A stretch of DNA of 63,018 nt, filler included, from Octopus bimaculoides (taxonomy: Eukaryota): NCBI RefSeq assembly GCF_001194135.2. It is 8 parts of 7 records of this genome, joined end to end, with 100 filler letters (N's around TTAATTAATTAA, not from the genome) between each part and the next. Parts side by side here need not be neighbours in the genome. Positions count along the whole stretch, not along the records: positions 24,394 to 38,723 come from NC_068987.1; 7 more parts are not named here. One strand, given 5' to 3'. Below the pieces are notes generated by a model. It saw only the letters and a program-made list of their open reading frames with translations, searched no databases and had not been told where the DNA came from. Below, piece by piece: positions 24,394 through 35,421 of the stretch. The stretch's first letter is position 1, and each line of letters begins with the position of its first letter. The translations under genes and the position numbers were made by a program.

Positions 24394-25434
24394 AAAAAAT
24401 GTTCCCCACAACTTGCTTTATAATCGTAATCTATGCCGTTTGAAAGGAATTTGTATAAATCTTCTTTAGAAGATACCCATCTTCCTGAAAGTTATGAAGG
24501 AAAAAAATCAGATCGTATGAATTTTCTGAAGCTCCTCTCTCCACCCCCTCGCAAAAATTCTTTCCCATAAATCCCTATACACTCTGAAGCCACATCTAAG
24601 CAGTATTTATAGAAAATTTTGTTAAAAAGTATCCATTTTTCTGGATGTTATGAGGCAACAAAGTCGGTAGTAATGCCCTTTCATTTATACGATTTTTTCG
24701 TTTCATGTTTATTTCTTTCATTGTTTGCAATATTCTCCCTCTCTCACATACACTGCAAAGCTTACAGATGGGATGCTGAATTAAAATCTCTATGTTGCTT
24801 TGAGGGGAAGGTAAAACTTGGCAAGCTGCTTCTCCCTCTGTTGTTGGGCTACTGTGATGTTTGTTTTAAAAAGAGAGATTATGATTGTGATAAAATAATG
24901 AAAGCAATATTTACTAAGCAAGTGAGCACTATTATACAAAGAAATAATTAGACGTAAAATATAAAGATATTAGAAATGGGAATCAAATATGAAAATATTA
25001 TCAAGGGGCTAAACTGCCCGGTGGGTGGTCTTTCTGCTAGTCCTTATAATATTGTTACTTGAGTTAATAGTAGAGTTGGCTAGCTCCAAATGCATCACTT
25101 CAAAGCAAACCATAGGGACATCACAGAATATTGTGTTGATTTTGCGGGAGCCCTTTACTGTATCTATCATCGAAAATCTTATGAATCCAGCAAGTACCTT
25201 TTTGTGGCCATTCGATCCGTCAGAAATAGCAGCCTAATTTCCTTCAAATTACCAAACTCTCTTAAAACGAAGACATCGGGTAATATAGTCTTTGATAAAC
25301 TATGTCTAAAATATAAAAGAAAAATGAGATTATCGTGCAATGCTTGTTGGGGATCCAACCTAGTGCTAAGCAACAACAATAAACCGACTCTCATAATTAT
25401 AAATCAATTTGTTACAAGGTCACACAATCCCTAA

Positions 25435-25640
25435 TGGCTTCAAATTTTAGCAAAAGACCAGCAATTTTAGGGGAGGGGTTAAGTCTATTACATCGACCCC
25501 AGTGCTGGTCTAGTTATTCATTTTATCGACCTTGAGAGGATGAAAGGTGAAGTTGATCTTGGCGGCATTTTCATACAGAACGTAAAGAGCCGGAAGGGAT
25601 GCCATTAAGCATTTTATCCGACGTGCTAATGATTCTACCA
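25435..25640 (-). mobile_element. SINE family B copy
   Basis: Reverse-complement match to 25891-26100. Confidence 0.7.
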
Positions 25641-25890
25641 ACATTCATAATAAAGGTGCAATGCGGCTGTCACATGCAGTTGTTCCAGACTCTGTATGCA
25701 CCATACATTTCCCTGATGTTTTTTAGGTTCTAATTTCGTCGCAAACAAACATAGACACCCTCTCCACCTACGCTGTCTTCCTTAACCCAGTGGAACGCCC
25801 AAAATGCAAAAGCTGGAGGAAGATAGGGTGGCAACACAATACTTACTTGTTTGGGTACATTTTTTATTATTATTATTTTCCTATTTCGCT

Positions 25891-26290
25891 AAGGCGGTGA
25901 GCTGGCAGAAACGTTAGCATACTGGGCAAAATGCTTAACGGTATTTCGTCTGTCTTTATGTTTTGAGTTCAAATTCCGCCGAGGTGGACTTTGCCTTTCA
26001 TCCTTTCGAGGTCGATAAATTAAGTACCAGTTGCTGGGGTCGATCTAATCAACTGTCCCCTCCCCAAAAATTTCGGGCCTTGTGCCTAGAGTAGAAAAGA
26101 GAATCGTTAGCACGCCGGCAAAATGCTTTGCAGCTTTTCTTCCGACTCATTACGTTCTTAACTCAAATCTCACCGAGGTCCACTTTGCCCTTCATCCTTT
26201 CAGGGTCGATGAAATAAAATACCAGTTAAACACTGGGTTAGATAAAATCAACTCCTGCTCAAATTTCAAGCCAATAGTAGCAAGAATTAT
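25891..26290 (+). mobile_element. Two head-to-tail SINE family B copies (25891-26100 and 26101-26290)
   Basis: AAGGCGGTGAGCTGGCAGAAACGTTAGCA..GAGTTCAAATTCCGCCGAGG..CCTTGTGCCTAGAGTAGAAAAG, immediately followed by a second GAATCGTTAGCACGCCGG unit. Confidence 0.85.
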
Positions 26291-26329
26291 TTTACTATTT
26301 CCTTATTATACTATTCTATCTATTTCGAA

Positions 26330-26450
26330 AGGATGAATAGCAAACATGACAATGGCCTAGGCAGAATTTGAAACCAAGACGTAAAATACTGGAACAATTA
26401 CTATAAAGCATTTTGTTCGACGCGCTAACGATTCTTCCTATTTACTGCTA
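26330..26450 (-). mobile_element. SINE family B head fragment
   Basis: Reverse complement GAATCGTTAGCGCGTCGAACAAAATGCTT..TTTCAAATTCTGCC. Confidence 0.6.
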
Positions 26451-27039
26451 AATCGAATTTATCAGATGGCTAGTAGTTATTTTATTGACCACAGTCGGTG
26501 GAAAAGTTCAAACGTTAGAAATAATTGACTTTCAGAATGATCTGAATATGTCTTTATTTCTTGTATTGAGGGCGGTGAGTAATGCTAGTTTGTAGGGGAC
26601 GAGTAATATTAGTGTGACGTGTCGATTTCCCATAAATGTATGCAGTGCTACTCAGTCATGTGTGATGATAGTCCTAGATAAATAAACAAAAAATATAGTA
26701 AGGCATTGACAGTTAGATAGAACAAAATATAAATCAATAGACAGATATATTTTCAGTAATATAAATAAATGAATAAATGAATAAAGCGGCAAATTATTCG
26801 GTCGACATGTTGCGTCAGGTAACCTGAAGGGCCTTCTTATATTGATAAATTGAATGCAATGAACATTTAAAAAATCGGATAACATTAATTTAATGACTAA
26901 AAAATTTAATTATTTTGTCAACAATGGAAATGTTTTGTTGTTATTAAACCCATTCAGCGAAGCAATGATTTCATCATACTTGCTCAAGTTAGTGTGCATA
27001 CAATATTGTACACGTATAGGTATGTTAGTTGTGTACCCC

Positions 27040-28340
27040 ACCCAAAACCGATGAAGGTAGTGTATATGACATTTCTTTTGAAGTCAACCTTTGCAGAGGA
27101 AATATATGAAGGAGAACACTCTAGAGAGTCGACCTTCAGATTAGAAAGGACTGGGCGTAATAGGTAGTTTGCTACCCTGAGCGGGGAGACTTGAGGAAGA
27201 GAAACGAGTGACTCGGAAGAGTTCGTGTGGCGTTGGTACGCAGCTAGTCTGCTTTTAGGAAAGAATGTCACTTCACTAGATGTAAAGCCTAGACATACTC
27301 TCGAACCAATCAATGTCTCCGGATCTCGGATCTTTTCTGTTTGGCTGCCACTTTTCAATTTCTTCAATTTTTGTTCCAATTGATTTCATGTTTGGTGTAT
27401 GAAGTATTTTTGTATGATAATCATTGAGATGAAATTAATTTTCGCCATAAATCAATAAATAGAGTTAATAGCTTTTAAAGTTTGCAAATTTTGGGTAATT
27501 TTAGCCAATCGAAAGCTACAGACATATAGGTTCCTGTTTCCATAGTAACAAGCTAAATTGTTACCAAGCTGCTTACCCACGTGGTCATTTTTCGCTTATT
27601 AAATACTTAAAACATATGAGGTCTGGCAATATTTCATTTGTTTACGGTTGACAACACGTGCAGCCACGCTCAAAATGACAGCTTCCAAATCCTATTTTCT
27701 GACGCGGTAAAAATTACGAAAATTTAAACCTCTGTAACTTTTTTAAGAAATTTTTCTGGACAATGAAAGTTGAGCCGTAAAAAAAAAAAAAAGAAAATTC
27801 CATAAAGTAGAAATCCTTTTGGCAAAGGAACAAAAATATTGGCTACTGCGGGAGAATTTGCGAAGGATCTTCCCGCGGAGAAAACCTTCATATTTGCTAC
27901 TAGAAACGGTGGTGTTTTGGCAGGGGTTGGATTTGGAGGTAAGAAAGCTAACCAGTGTGTCCTTCTTCACTTGTCTTTCTCAAATATTGCGTATATCTGA
28001 CAGAAATTCGTGTTCAGGATGAAACTAAGTTAATATAGAGAGACGAGGATAACGACGAAGAATTCTGTTTCTGCACCGGCGTCATAGTATGAAATGATTT
28101 TGAGACGAGTTGTGAGCTTTGAAGTCAACCGGGACGATAACTTCAGAGAAGGTTGAAGTAAAATAGATGTCTTTGATGCATGAAGGAATATAGTTGAAGG
28201 ATTGTTAGTGGTTGAAAAAGCCCAAAGTACGTTAGGAAGTCAGTGTAAGTTTAGCATAAATAACTTCCTTTAAGGTTCAAATCAACACACAAATTTAACC
28301 TTCGTTCTTTAGAAAGAACGGTAAATTTTTGTGACATTAT
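27040..28340 (-). mobile_element. Old Jockey/CR1-group LINE remnants: APE endonuclease (about 27790-28340) and a probable 3' end (about 27040-27380)
   Basis: FNYIPSCIKDIYFTSTFSEVIVPVDFKAHN resembles FDYL..VEHIL..FPFAEISILGDFN.H; DTLVSFLTSKSNP resembles NILDLFLTSNP; the 3' piece ends ..FKRNV. Confidence 0.5.
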
Positions 28341-28626
28341 GGGAAAAAATTTATGCCCTTGACTTCGCCAAATACGGTAATTGTTTGGAAGCAGCACAAA
28401 TTATTTTAAAAAGACACGTAGTAAGTCCGGAACATACAGTTATGTGAATTTCATTCTAAAAACAAATCAGTCGGAATGTAACAGTCAAAGATACTGTGTT
28501 TTGTGCGAGAGTCATGCAAACGTTCATTTGAATGCGTTTATTTCCAGAAATGGTATGAAGCTGCATCCAGTTTAAAGGATACGACGAAAAAGACACAAAT
28601 GATAAAATAGATGCTGATTATGCATT

Positions 28627-28990
28627 TATCTTTTCCTTTTTCCAGCCATTGAACTGCGGTCGTGTTGGGCACCAAGGGTTTTAACCAAACAAGTCGAACT
28701 TAGTATCTATTTTTACAAAAAAAATTCGGTACTTCTTCCGTCTCTATGCTACGGGGATGAAAACAAACCAGCATATATACTTACATACATACATACTTAC
28801 ATACATACACACACACACAAACACACACACACATGACGGCAGATTTCTTTCAGTTTCCGTCTACTAAATCCACTCACATAGTTTTGGTCGACCTGGGGCT
28901 ATAGTAAACATTTGCTCAAGGTGCCACGAAGTGGGACTGAACCTGGAACCATGTGGTTGGGAGGCAAACTTCTTACCACATAGCCATGCT
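28627..28990 (-). mobile_element. SINE family A copy
   Basis: Tail and head both present around a (CATA)n/(CA)n centre. Confidence 0.8.
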
Positions 28991-29299
28991 TCTTCTATAA
29001 AACACAGTTTAGTGATAAACAAACGTTGGTATCGGCTTTCCTGTTGTTTTGATATAATATATAACGTTTTTCTGGGTTTTTTTTATTAGAACGATTGCGT
29101 TATTTTTTTTAAATGCCTTGTGTAATCGGTGATATTTTAGTACTTATGAAAGAATTTGCTCCTCAAAATAAATAGCTTCTTACCGCAATGTATCTCTTAT
29201 TGCTGGTACGCATTTGTAATAAAATGTGTCTTGCATATTACACACCACACACGTCCACACATACATATATGATACTACATGCATGCATACATACATATA

Positions 29300-29368
<69 letters not shown>

Positions 29369-29749
29369 GCAGATGCTTCTCCCAAAGTACCACGCAGTGG
29401 GGCCGATATCGTTACAAATTCGTTACAAAGTGAACTTCTCAACCTAAAAAAGAAAGAAGCGATTAGTGTCATATATGTATGTGTTTATGCGTATCGGTTT
29501 GATACAGAAGAGTTGCGAAGTAGTCAGTAAAGCAGCTTGTGGTAACACTTGTAAATTGATATTCAACTACGTGAAACATTTGTAATAAAATAAATGTGAT
29601 TAAAATTCATGATCATCCACCTGGAGCAATTTTATGAGCCCACCATCAGGCCTCTCACATTGCACTTTTAATCAGGCTGCTTACGGCAGAAAAAAAAACA
29701 AGAAAGGTCCTGGTTACGGAACATGGCTTTAGCCTTTAAATTCTGACTT

Positions 29750-29893
29750 TTAACTTTTGTTTCAGTCATTAGACTGCGGTCATATTGGGGCTCCGATTTG
29801 AAGGGTTTAGTCGAACAAATCGATCCCGGTACTTTTTTTTCCAAGACTGGTACTTATTCAAACGGTCTTTTATTGCCGAACTGCTAAATTTCG
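29750..29893 (-). mobile_element. SINE family A 3' half
   Basis: TTTCAGTCATTAGACTGCGG.CAT.TTGGGGC..GTCGAACAAATCGA. Confidence 0.75.
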
Positions 29894-29939
29894 TTGACGG
29901 CAGTGAAAATTCCACCTTAAAACGAAACTGCTGGAGATT

Positions 29940-31660
29940 GAGAAAAATCTGAAACACTTCCATGAAAAAGAGAGAACAGACAAAGAAGCCTAGGTTTCAG
30001 AAAATATAAAATTTAACCCTAAAACTTTCTTGAAGTTTGCTAAAAAAAACTGCCTACAGAGTAGAGCCACTCCTCCAAAAAGATGGCTTCCTCACAGGAA
30101 ACCTAATGAGTATAATGTAACACTGAATGATCAATTCAAAAGTGTTTTCACCTCACACTTAAGGCACATGCAAGTCACCAAACCTGACAAACTTCCGTGC
30201 AAGTTGAAGGAAGCAGCAGCGTGGATGCCAAAAACTATAAACCTATCTCTCGGACGTTGCGCATCAACATAGTTGTGGGACGGAGAGCCCGAAGGAAACT
30301 AAAAATGTTCCTGGGAGAAAATCACTTGCTAACTGATATCTAGCATGTTTTCCGACCAGGAAGAAGCTGCCTGACACAGCTCTAACAGCACTACGACTGT
30401 GTGTTGAAACAGCTGCTTAACCTTCCAAATGTGAATGTGCTATTTCTTGATTTTGCGAAGGCCTTTGATAAAGTCGATCATTGAACGATATGTCACAAAC
30501 GGCATGATTTCGGCATATTTGGAGAGTGGCTATATAATTTTCTGAAAGATAGAAATCAGGTAGCAGTACCCAACGTGGTTATCTCCAAGGAAACACAAAT
30601 GATGAGTGGTGTGCCACAGGGTACTCTCCTGGGGCCACTACCTTTTTATCGTGGCCCTCTCAGATATGCCCTCATCCACTCAGCTACCATCACTATCTAT
30701 GCAGATGGTACAAACTTTTCCCAGGTAATACAAAATCCTGAAGATGGCATGCACCTACAACAAAAGTTTGATGCAACATATACGTGGGCTGACAACAATA
30801 ATACATAGTTTAATGCTGGAAGGTTCCAAGCTCTACGCTATCAGCAGACAACGTTAAACGCAATACAGACAAAATACACTGGAGCTGGAAGGATCGCAGT
30901 TCCAGAATCACAATCAGTCGGTAACCTGCGCATTAATATGAGTAGTGATGCATCCTTCCATGTGCATATTATTAAGATGGCAAGAAACACAGGCGGCTGA
31001 TCGGAGGAATTCTTAGAACTTCCAGAACAAGGGTACAGGAAATCACTATCCTCTGGAGGATATTTATCTTAAGCTGTCTTGACTATTACTCCCAACTATG
31101 GTCACCACACAGTGTGAAATTAATAGCGGAACTCAAAGCAACCCAACGAAACTACACGGAAGAGATATCCTCAATGCAACAAATTAGCTACTGGGAAAAA
31201 ACTCAAGAGGTTAATACTCTGTGGAACGAAGGCGGGAAAGATCAACAGCAATATCCACCCGGAGATCCTGAAAGCACTTGTCCGAAACATTGGTGTCGAA
31301 AGTTATACAAACGCCAGAACAGGGAACAATTGCATAATGTCTAAAATCTTGCCTCTGCCGTCAAAATGCAAGACCAGGCACTGCAATAGCTTGGTGTTCA
31401 AGTTCCCACTGCTCTTCAATATCCTATCGAAGGATCTGAGAGACGTACATGGAGTGGATGTAGATATCTTCAAAATTAAACTGATCATCTATTGTCAAGA
31501 ATCCCAGAGAAGCCAACTTCACGACAGGAAGAAGAAATGAAGGAACCAGCATCAAGCTCCCTCATTCAACAAATACTAACTATTAAAGAATTAATGAAAG
31601 GTTAGCAGCAACAGGTGGCGGTGCCCCAGCATGATCACAACCTCTGGGCTGTAACTCGGA
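29940..31660 (+). mobile_element. CR1/L2-like LINE, 5'-truncated RT pseudogene with 3' tail
   Basis: IKFNPKTF, LNDQFKSVFT, QHYD..VNVLFLDFAKAFDKVDH, SGVPQGTLLGPL, IYADGT, ELKATQRNYT, SLVFKFPLLFNIL.KDLR; tail GGCGGTGCCCCAGCATG then (AC)n. Confidence 0.88.
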
Positions 31661-31662
31661 AA

Positions 31663-31719
<57 letters not shown>

Positions 31720-31860
31720 NNNNNNNNNNNNNNNNNNNNNNNNNNNNNNNNNNNNNNNNNNNNNNNNNNNNNNNNNNNNNNNNNNNNNNNNNNNNNNNNN
31801 NNNNNNNNNNNNNNNNNNNNNNNNNNNNNNNNNNNNNNNNNNNNNNNNNNNNNNNNNNNN

Positions 31861-33424
31861 GTGTGAAAGAAAAAAATTATAAAAGGAAATCCATGTTTTT
31901 AGTTATCAAAAGTTTATTCATTTGCTTATTGTTTTTAGTCAAGTACAATCATTTCGTCATCTTCTGGAACATTGTTACAAATCATCAAACCCCGAACTAC
32001 AGACTGAATTTCTTGCAAACCCATTTCCTGTAGAATCATGGATCCAAATCTTTCATGTTTGGCAATATAACTTTCCTTAAATGAACACTTTTTGTCCAAG
32101 TACCCTGTTCATAGTGCATTAGCAACGCAACTGTCGGTAATTTTATTCCATGAATTCTTCACCCAATTCAAGACTTCTTGGAGGTTGGGTTTGACAAAGT
32201 TTCCACGCTGATTTCTCTCCATTCTATGTTCGATATATTCATTCACTTCCATCCGCAAATAATCTTTGAAGGACTTGTTTATTACAAGATCTAATGTTTG
32301 TAGATATGGTGCTATTCCCGCAGGAATCATTATGTGGTCAATTCTTCTTTCAGAAAGGAAGATTTTCATATCTTTTGCGCGATTAGTACTGGCTGAACCC
32401 CAAACTAAAAGACCTCTTTGAAAACCATGTAAAACAAGTGGCAGAGTCAAATCAACCCATTTTCTTATAACAGATTGTGTGCACCAAGCCTTTTCCGTTT
32501 CAAGGATATAAATACCCAAAACTCGTTCTATTTTCTCTTTATTGCCATTTGTGAAGATAAGCGGTGGGACTTTTGTTCCATCAAGACGAATTGCTAAAAT
32601 ACAAGTAACTCTTGCACTTTTGTAACCTGTTGAGGCAACGTAGGTTGACGAGGCACCTGTCTGTTCAATTGTTTTAGATCCTTGGCCCATAAATACTGCA
32701 GTCTCATTCATAGCAATTGTATTGGAGAGATTGTATTTAGAAAAGTCGATGCCATCAACGAAGGACTTGCATGCAAGTCCACGTTGACTCACTTCAGCAT
32801 CCTCCAGCTTGAACAGTTTTGTCGATCTTCTTAGAGAGAGCTCATATCGCCGAAGGAAGTTATCCAACCAATGAGGTAATGCTTTGAATATCTCTGGGGG
32901 TATACCCAAATGTGGTGCCATTGCAAGAGCAAATTCTTGAATATCAGTCCTGCGTAGAACCAAAGCCTTTGTACTTCTGTCAGCAATCCATCTTGAGGTA
33001 ATATGTTCCATCTCCGAAAATAACGGTTGTCGACCTGATCCACACTTGTGCTTCTTAACACTTCCCTCATCCACCTGTCTACTGAAATCATCGTACTCTG
33101 CTCACCACTTTCGAACCATTCGGTGACCCAACAACTTACAGAAAGCCATATGATTTTTGTTATGACACTTCCACAATTCCTTTCTTGTACTCCACGGAAT
33201 AACTCTTTCATTTTGCGCTCATCTTGCCTGGAGAACAAGTGAGTCAACTATTTTAGCCAAGCTACGGCAGTTGGTTTATTTTGCAAACATCACATGGTCT
33301 TGCTAACAAGCTGATGCATTTTTGACTAGGTCTTATTTTCGGGGTAGGGCTTATACTAAAAGCATCCTGAAAAATCATGGTAGGGCTTATTTTCGGAGTA
33401 GGTCTTATTTTCGGGGAAACACGG
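31861..33424 (-). mobile_element. pogo/Tc2-like DNA transposon (HTH plus DDE_1 transposase), pseudogenised
   Basis: TA+CCGTGTTTCCCCGAAAATAAG terminus at 33424 with repeated AAAATAAG(A/C)CC subterminal motifs. The original ATG is near 33222 (MSAK*KSYSVEYKKGIVE). The 321-codon ORF at 32109-33074 has WLDNFLRRYELSLRR, MNET, WGSA and LQTLD. The other end is lost in a gap. Confidence 0.9.
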
Positions 33425-33483
33425 TATGTATGTATGTATGTATGTATGTATGTATGTATGTATGTATGCATGTATGTATGTAT

Positions 33484-33695
33484 GCATTCTTTTATTATTT
33501 TACTTGTTTCAGTCATTTGACTGCAGCCATGCTATGTATGTAGATGTGTGTGTCTCTTTGTGTTTGTATTTGACCACTCTCATACATTGACAACCAATGT
33601 TAGTTTGTTTACGTCCAAGTGATGAAGCGCTTCGGCAAAAAAGACTGATAAAATAAGTATCAGTCTTAAACCAAGGTGACATACGTGAGACCCAG

Positions 33696-33700
<5 letters not shown>
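33484..33700. mobile_element. SINE family A fragments (minus-strand tail plus plus-strand 3' half)
   Basis: TTTCAGTCATTTGACTGCAGCCATGCT and TTGACAACCAATG..GTTTACGTCC..TTCGGCAAAA. Confidence 0.6.
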
Positions 33701-33739
<39 letters not shown>

Positions 33740-34009
33740 AGATATATATACATGTATACAAATATATGTATGCGCGCGCGTGTGTGAGTGCGTGTGCGAG
33801 TGTGCGCGTGTGCATATATACATGCATAAATACATACTTTGGAGTTTCTCCATTAAAACTGACTTCTCAAAAAAACTTTGAGAAACCAGTTTTGGCGTCG
33901 AAACTTCGAATAAACAGGCTCTATTTAATATTAAATATCTTTAATATATAATTATGTGTATTTATCTAAGTATACATACATACATACATATACATATGNN
34001 NNNNNNNNN

Positions 34010-34051
<42 letters not shown>

Positions 34052-35421
34052 AACACATACATACACACACATACACATACAAATATTGGCGCTTAAAATA
34101 AACAAAATTGCTAGCGAGTTTTGATCGGCTATTGAAAGAAACCCGTTAGTCCTTGTTTGCTGAAATGTCTGATTTCAACAAAATTCCATGAAAGTATAGA
34201 TCGAAATGAAGTAGGTGTAGATGAGAATGATTACAATGACTAGAAAAAAATCATAACTATAAAATATAATAAATGCATACAGAAAAATTCGCATGTATGG
34301 TGAAAGGCCGTGTGAACCATAACGCTTATAGAATAAAGCATGCATACAGTTAAATCAGAAACAAAACATTAAAAAGTATTAAAAATGCAAATAGTTAACT
34401 ATAGAACAAAATATATTAATGGCAATGATCAGGAATCAGATTATGAGAATTTAAGAAGAACATTTTGTCCGTGAGAGCCATAAAAATGATCGAATAATGA
34501 ATGCATTCGATGAGATTTCAAAGTGATTAAATTGTAAGTAAAATATAACAAAGAAAGAAAATTTGTGTAAAGGAGATAAGTATACTTCTTATAGTAATAA
34601 TATGCTATATATATTTACGTTTGTACTGACTTCGTATTTATACGCTAAAATTCTCAATACATAAGCAGTGCAATACGTACAAACAAAACACAGTTGTACA
34701 TAAGAACTCAACCTGTACAGAAAAATCAACACATGCATGTATATAGATATACGCAGATAAGCATTCATAAAACGATGAACACATGTTGAAACTATTGACT
34801 AATTTAAAACGTGAAATGTTGAAAATAGTAAGAAGCAATAAAAATGGTGGTCTGACTGTGTAAAACAAAGTTACATGGATTATGACATTACTAAATAAGG
34901 TTGAGTATAAGGACAGAAACTATTTAGAGAGACGAAGAAAAAAGTTCAGATCTTAAAATTCAACCTGCATGAATTTTGTGAACGAACGAACAAATTTTCG
35001 CATGAGCACACAGAAAGGAAAGCTTCGACTTGGAATTTTCATGGTGATACGAAAAGGGATTGATTTGAGGTTAGCTAAATAATATAGAGTGTATATTGGT
35101 ATGCTTCTCTGAAAAGCCAATTGCCATTCAATATTTCTAACTTTCCTTCGTTGTTAACAGAAGAATGCTGGCATTGATAGAACATGAAGATCAATGTTTA
35201 ATCAATTCAGTATGAGGTTTCGGTCTTGGCCCATGGCTGGTTCATAGCAATAATCAAATGGTTTGTCAAGCAATTGCCACCAACAAAGAAATCTTCGGAA
35301 TTGACATCGTTATAGATAGGCATATGATGTGAATTAATTGTACTGAAGCGCCATACGTACATACATACATACATACATACATACATACATACATACATAC
35401 ATACATACATACATACATACA

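Noticed and set aside
25000-25430. hAT transposase remnant
   Set aside because: Only a vague ISDGS motif is present, too degenerate to support.
27828-27938. Apparent 111-nt + strand exon with a G|GTAAGA donor
   Set aside because: The opposite strand reads as a LINE endonuclease remnant and the acceptor is weak.
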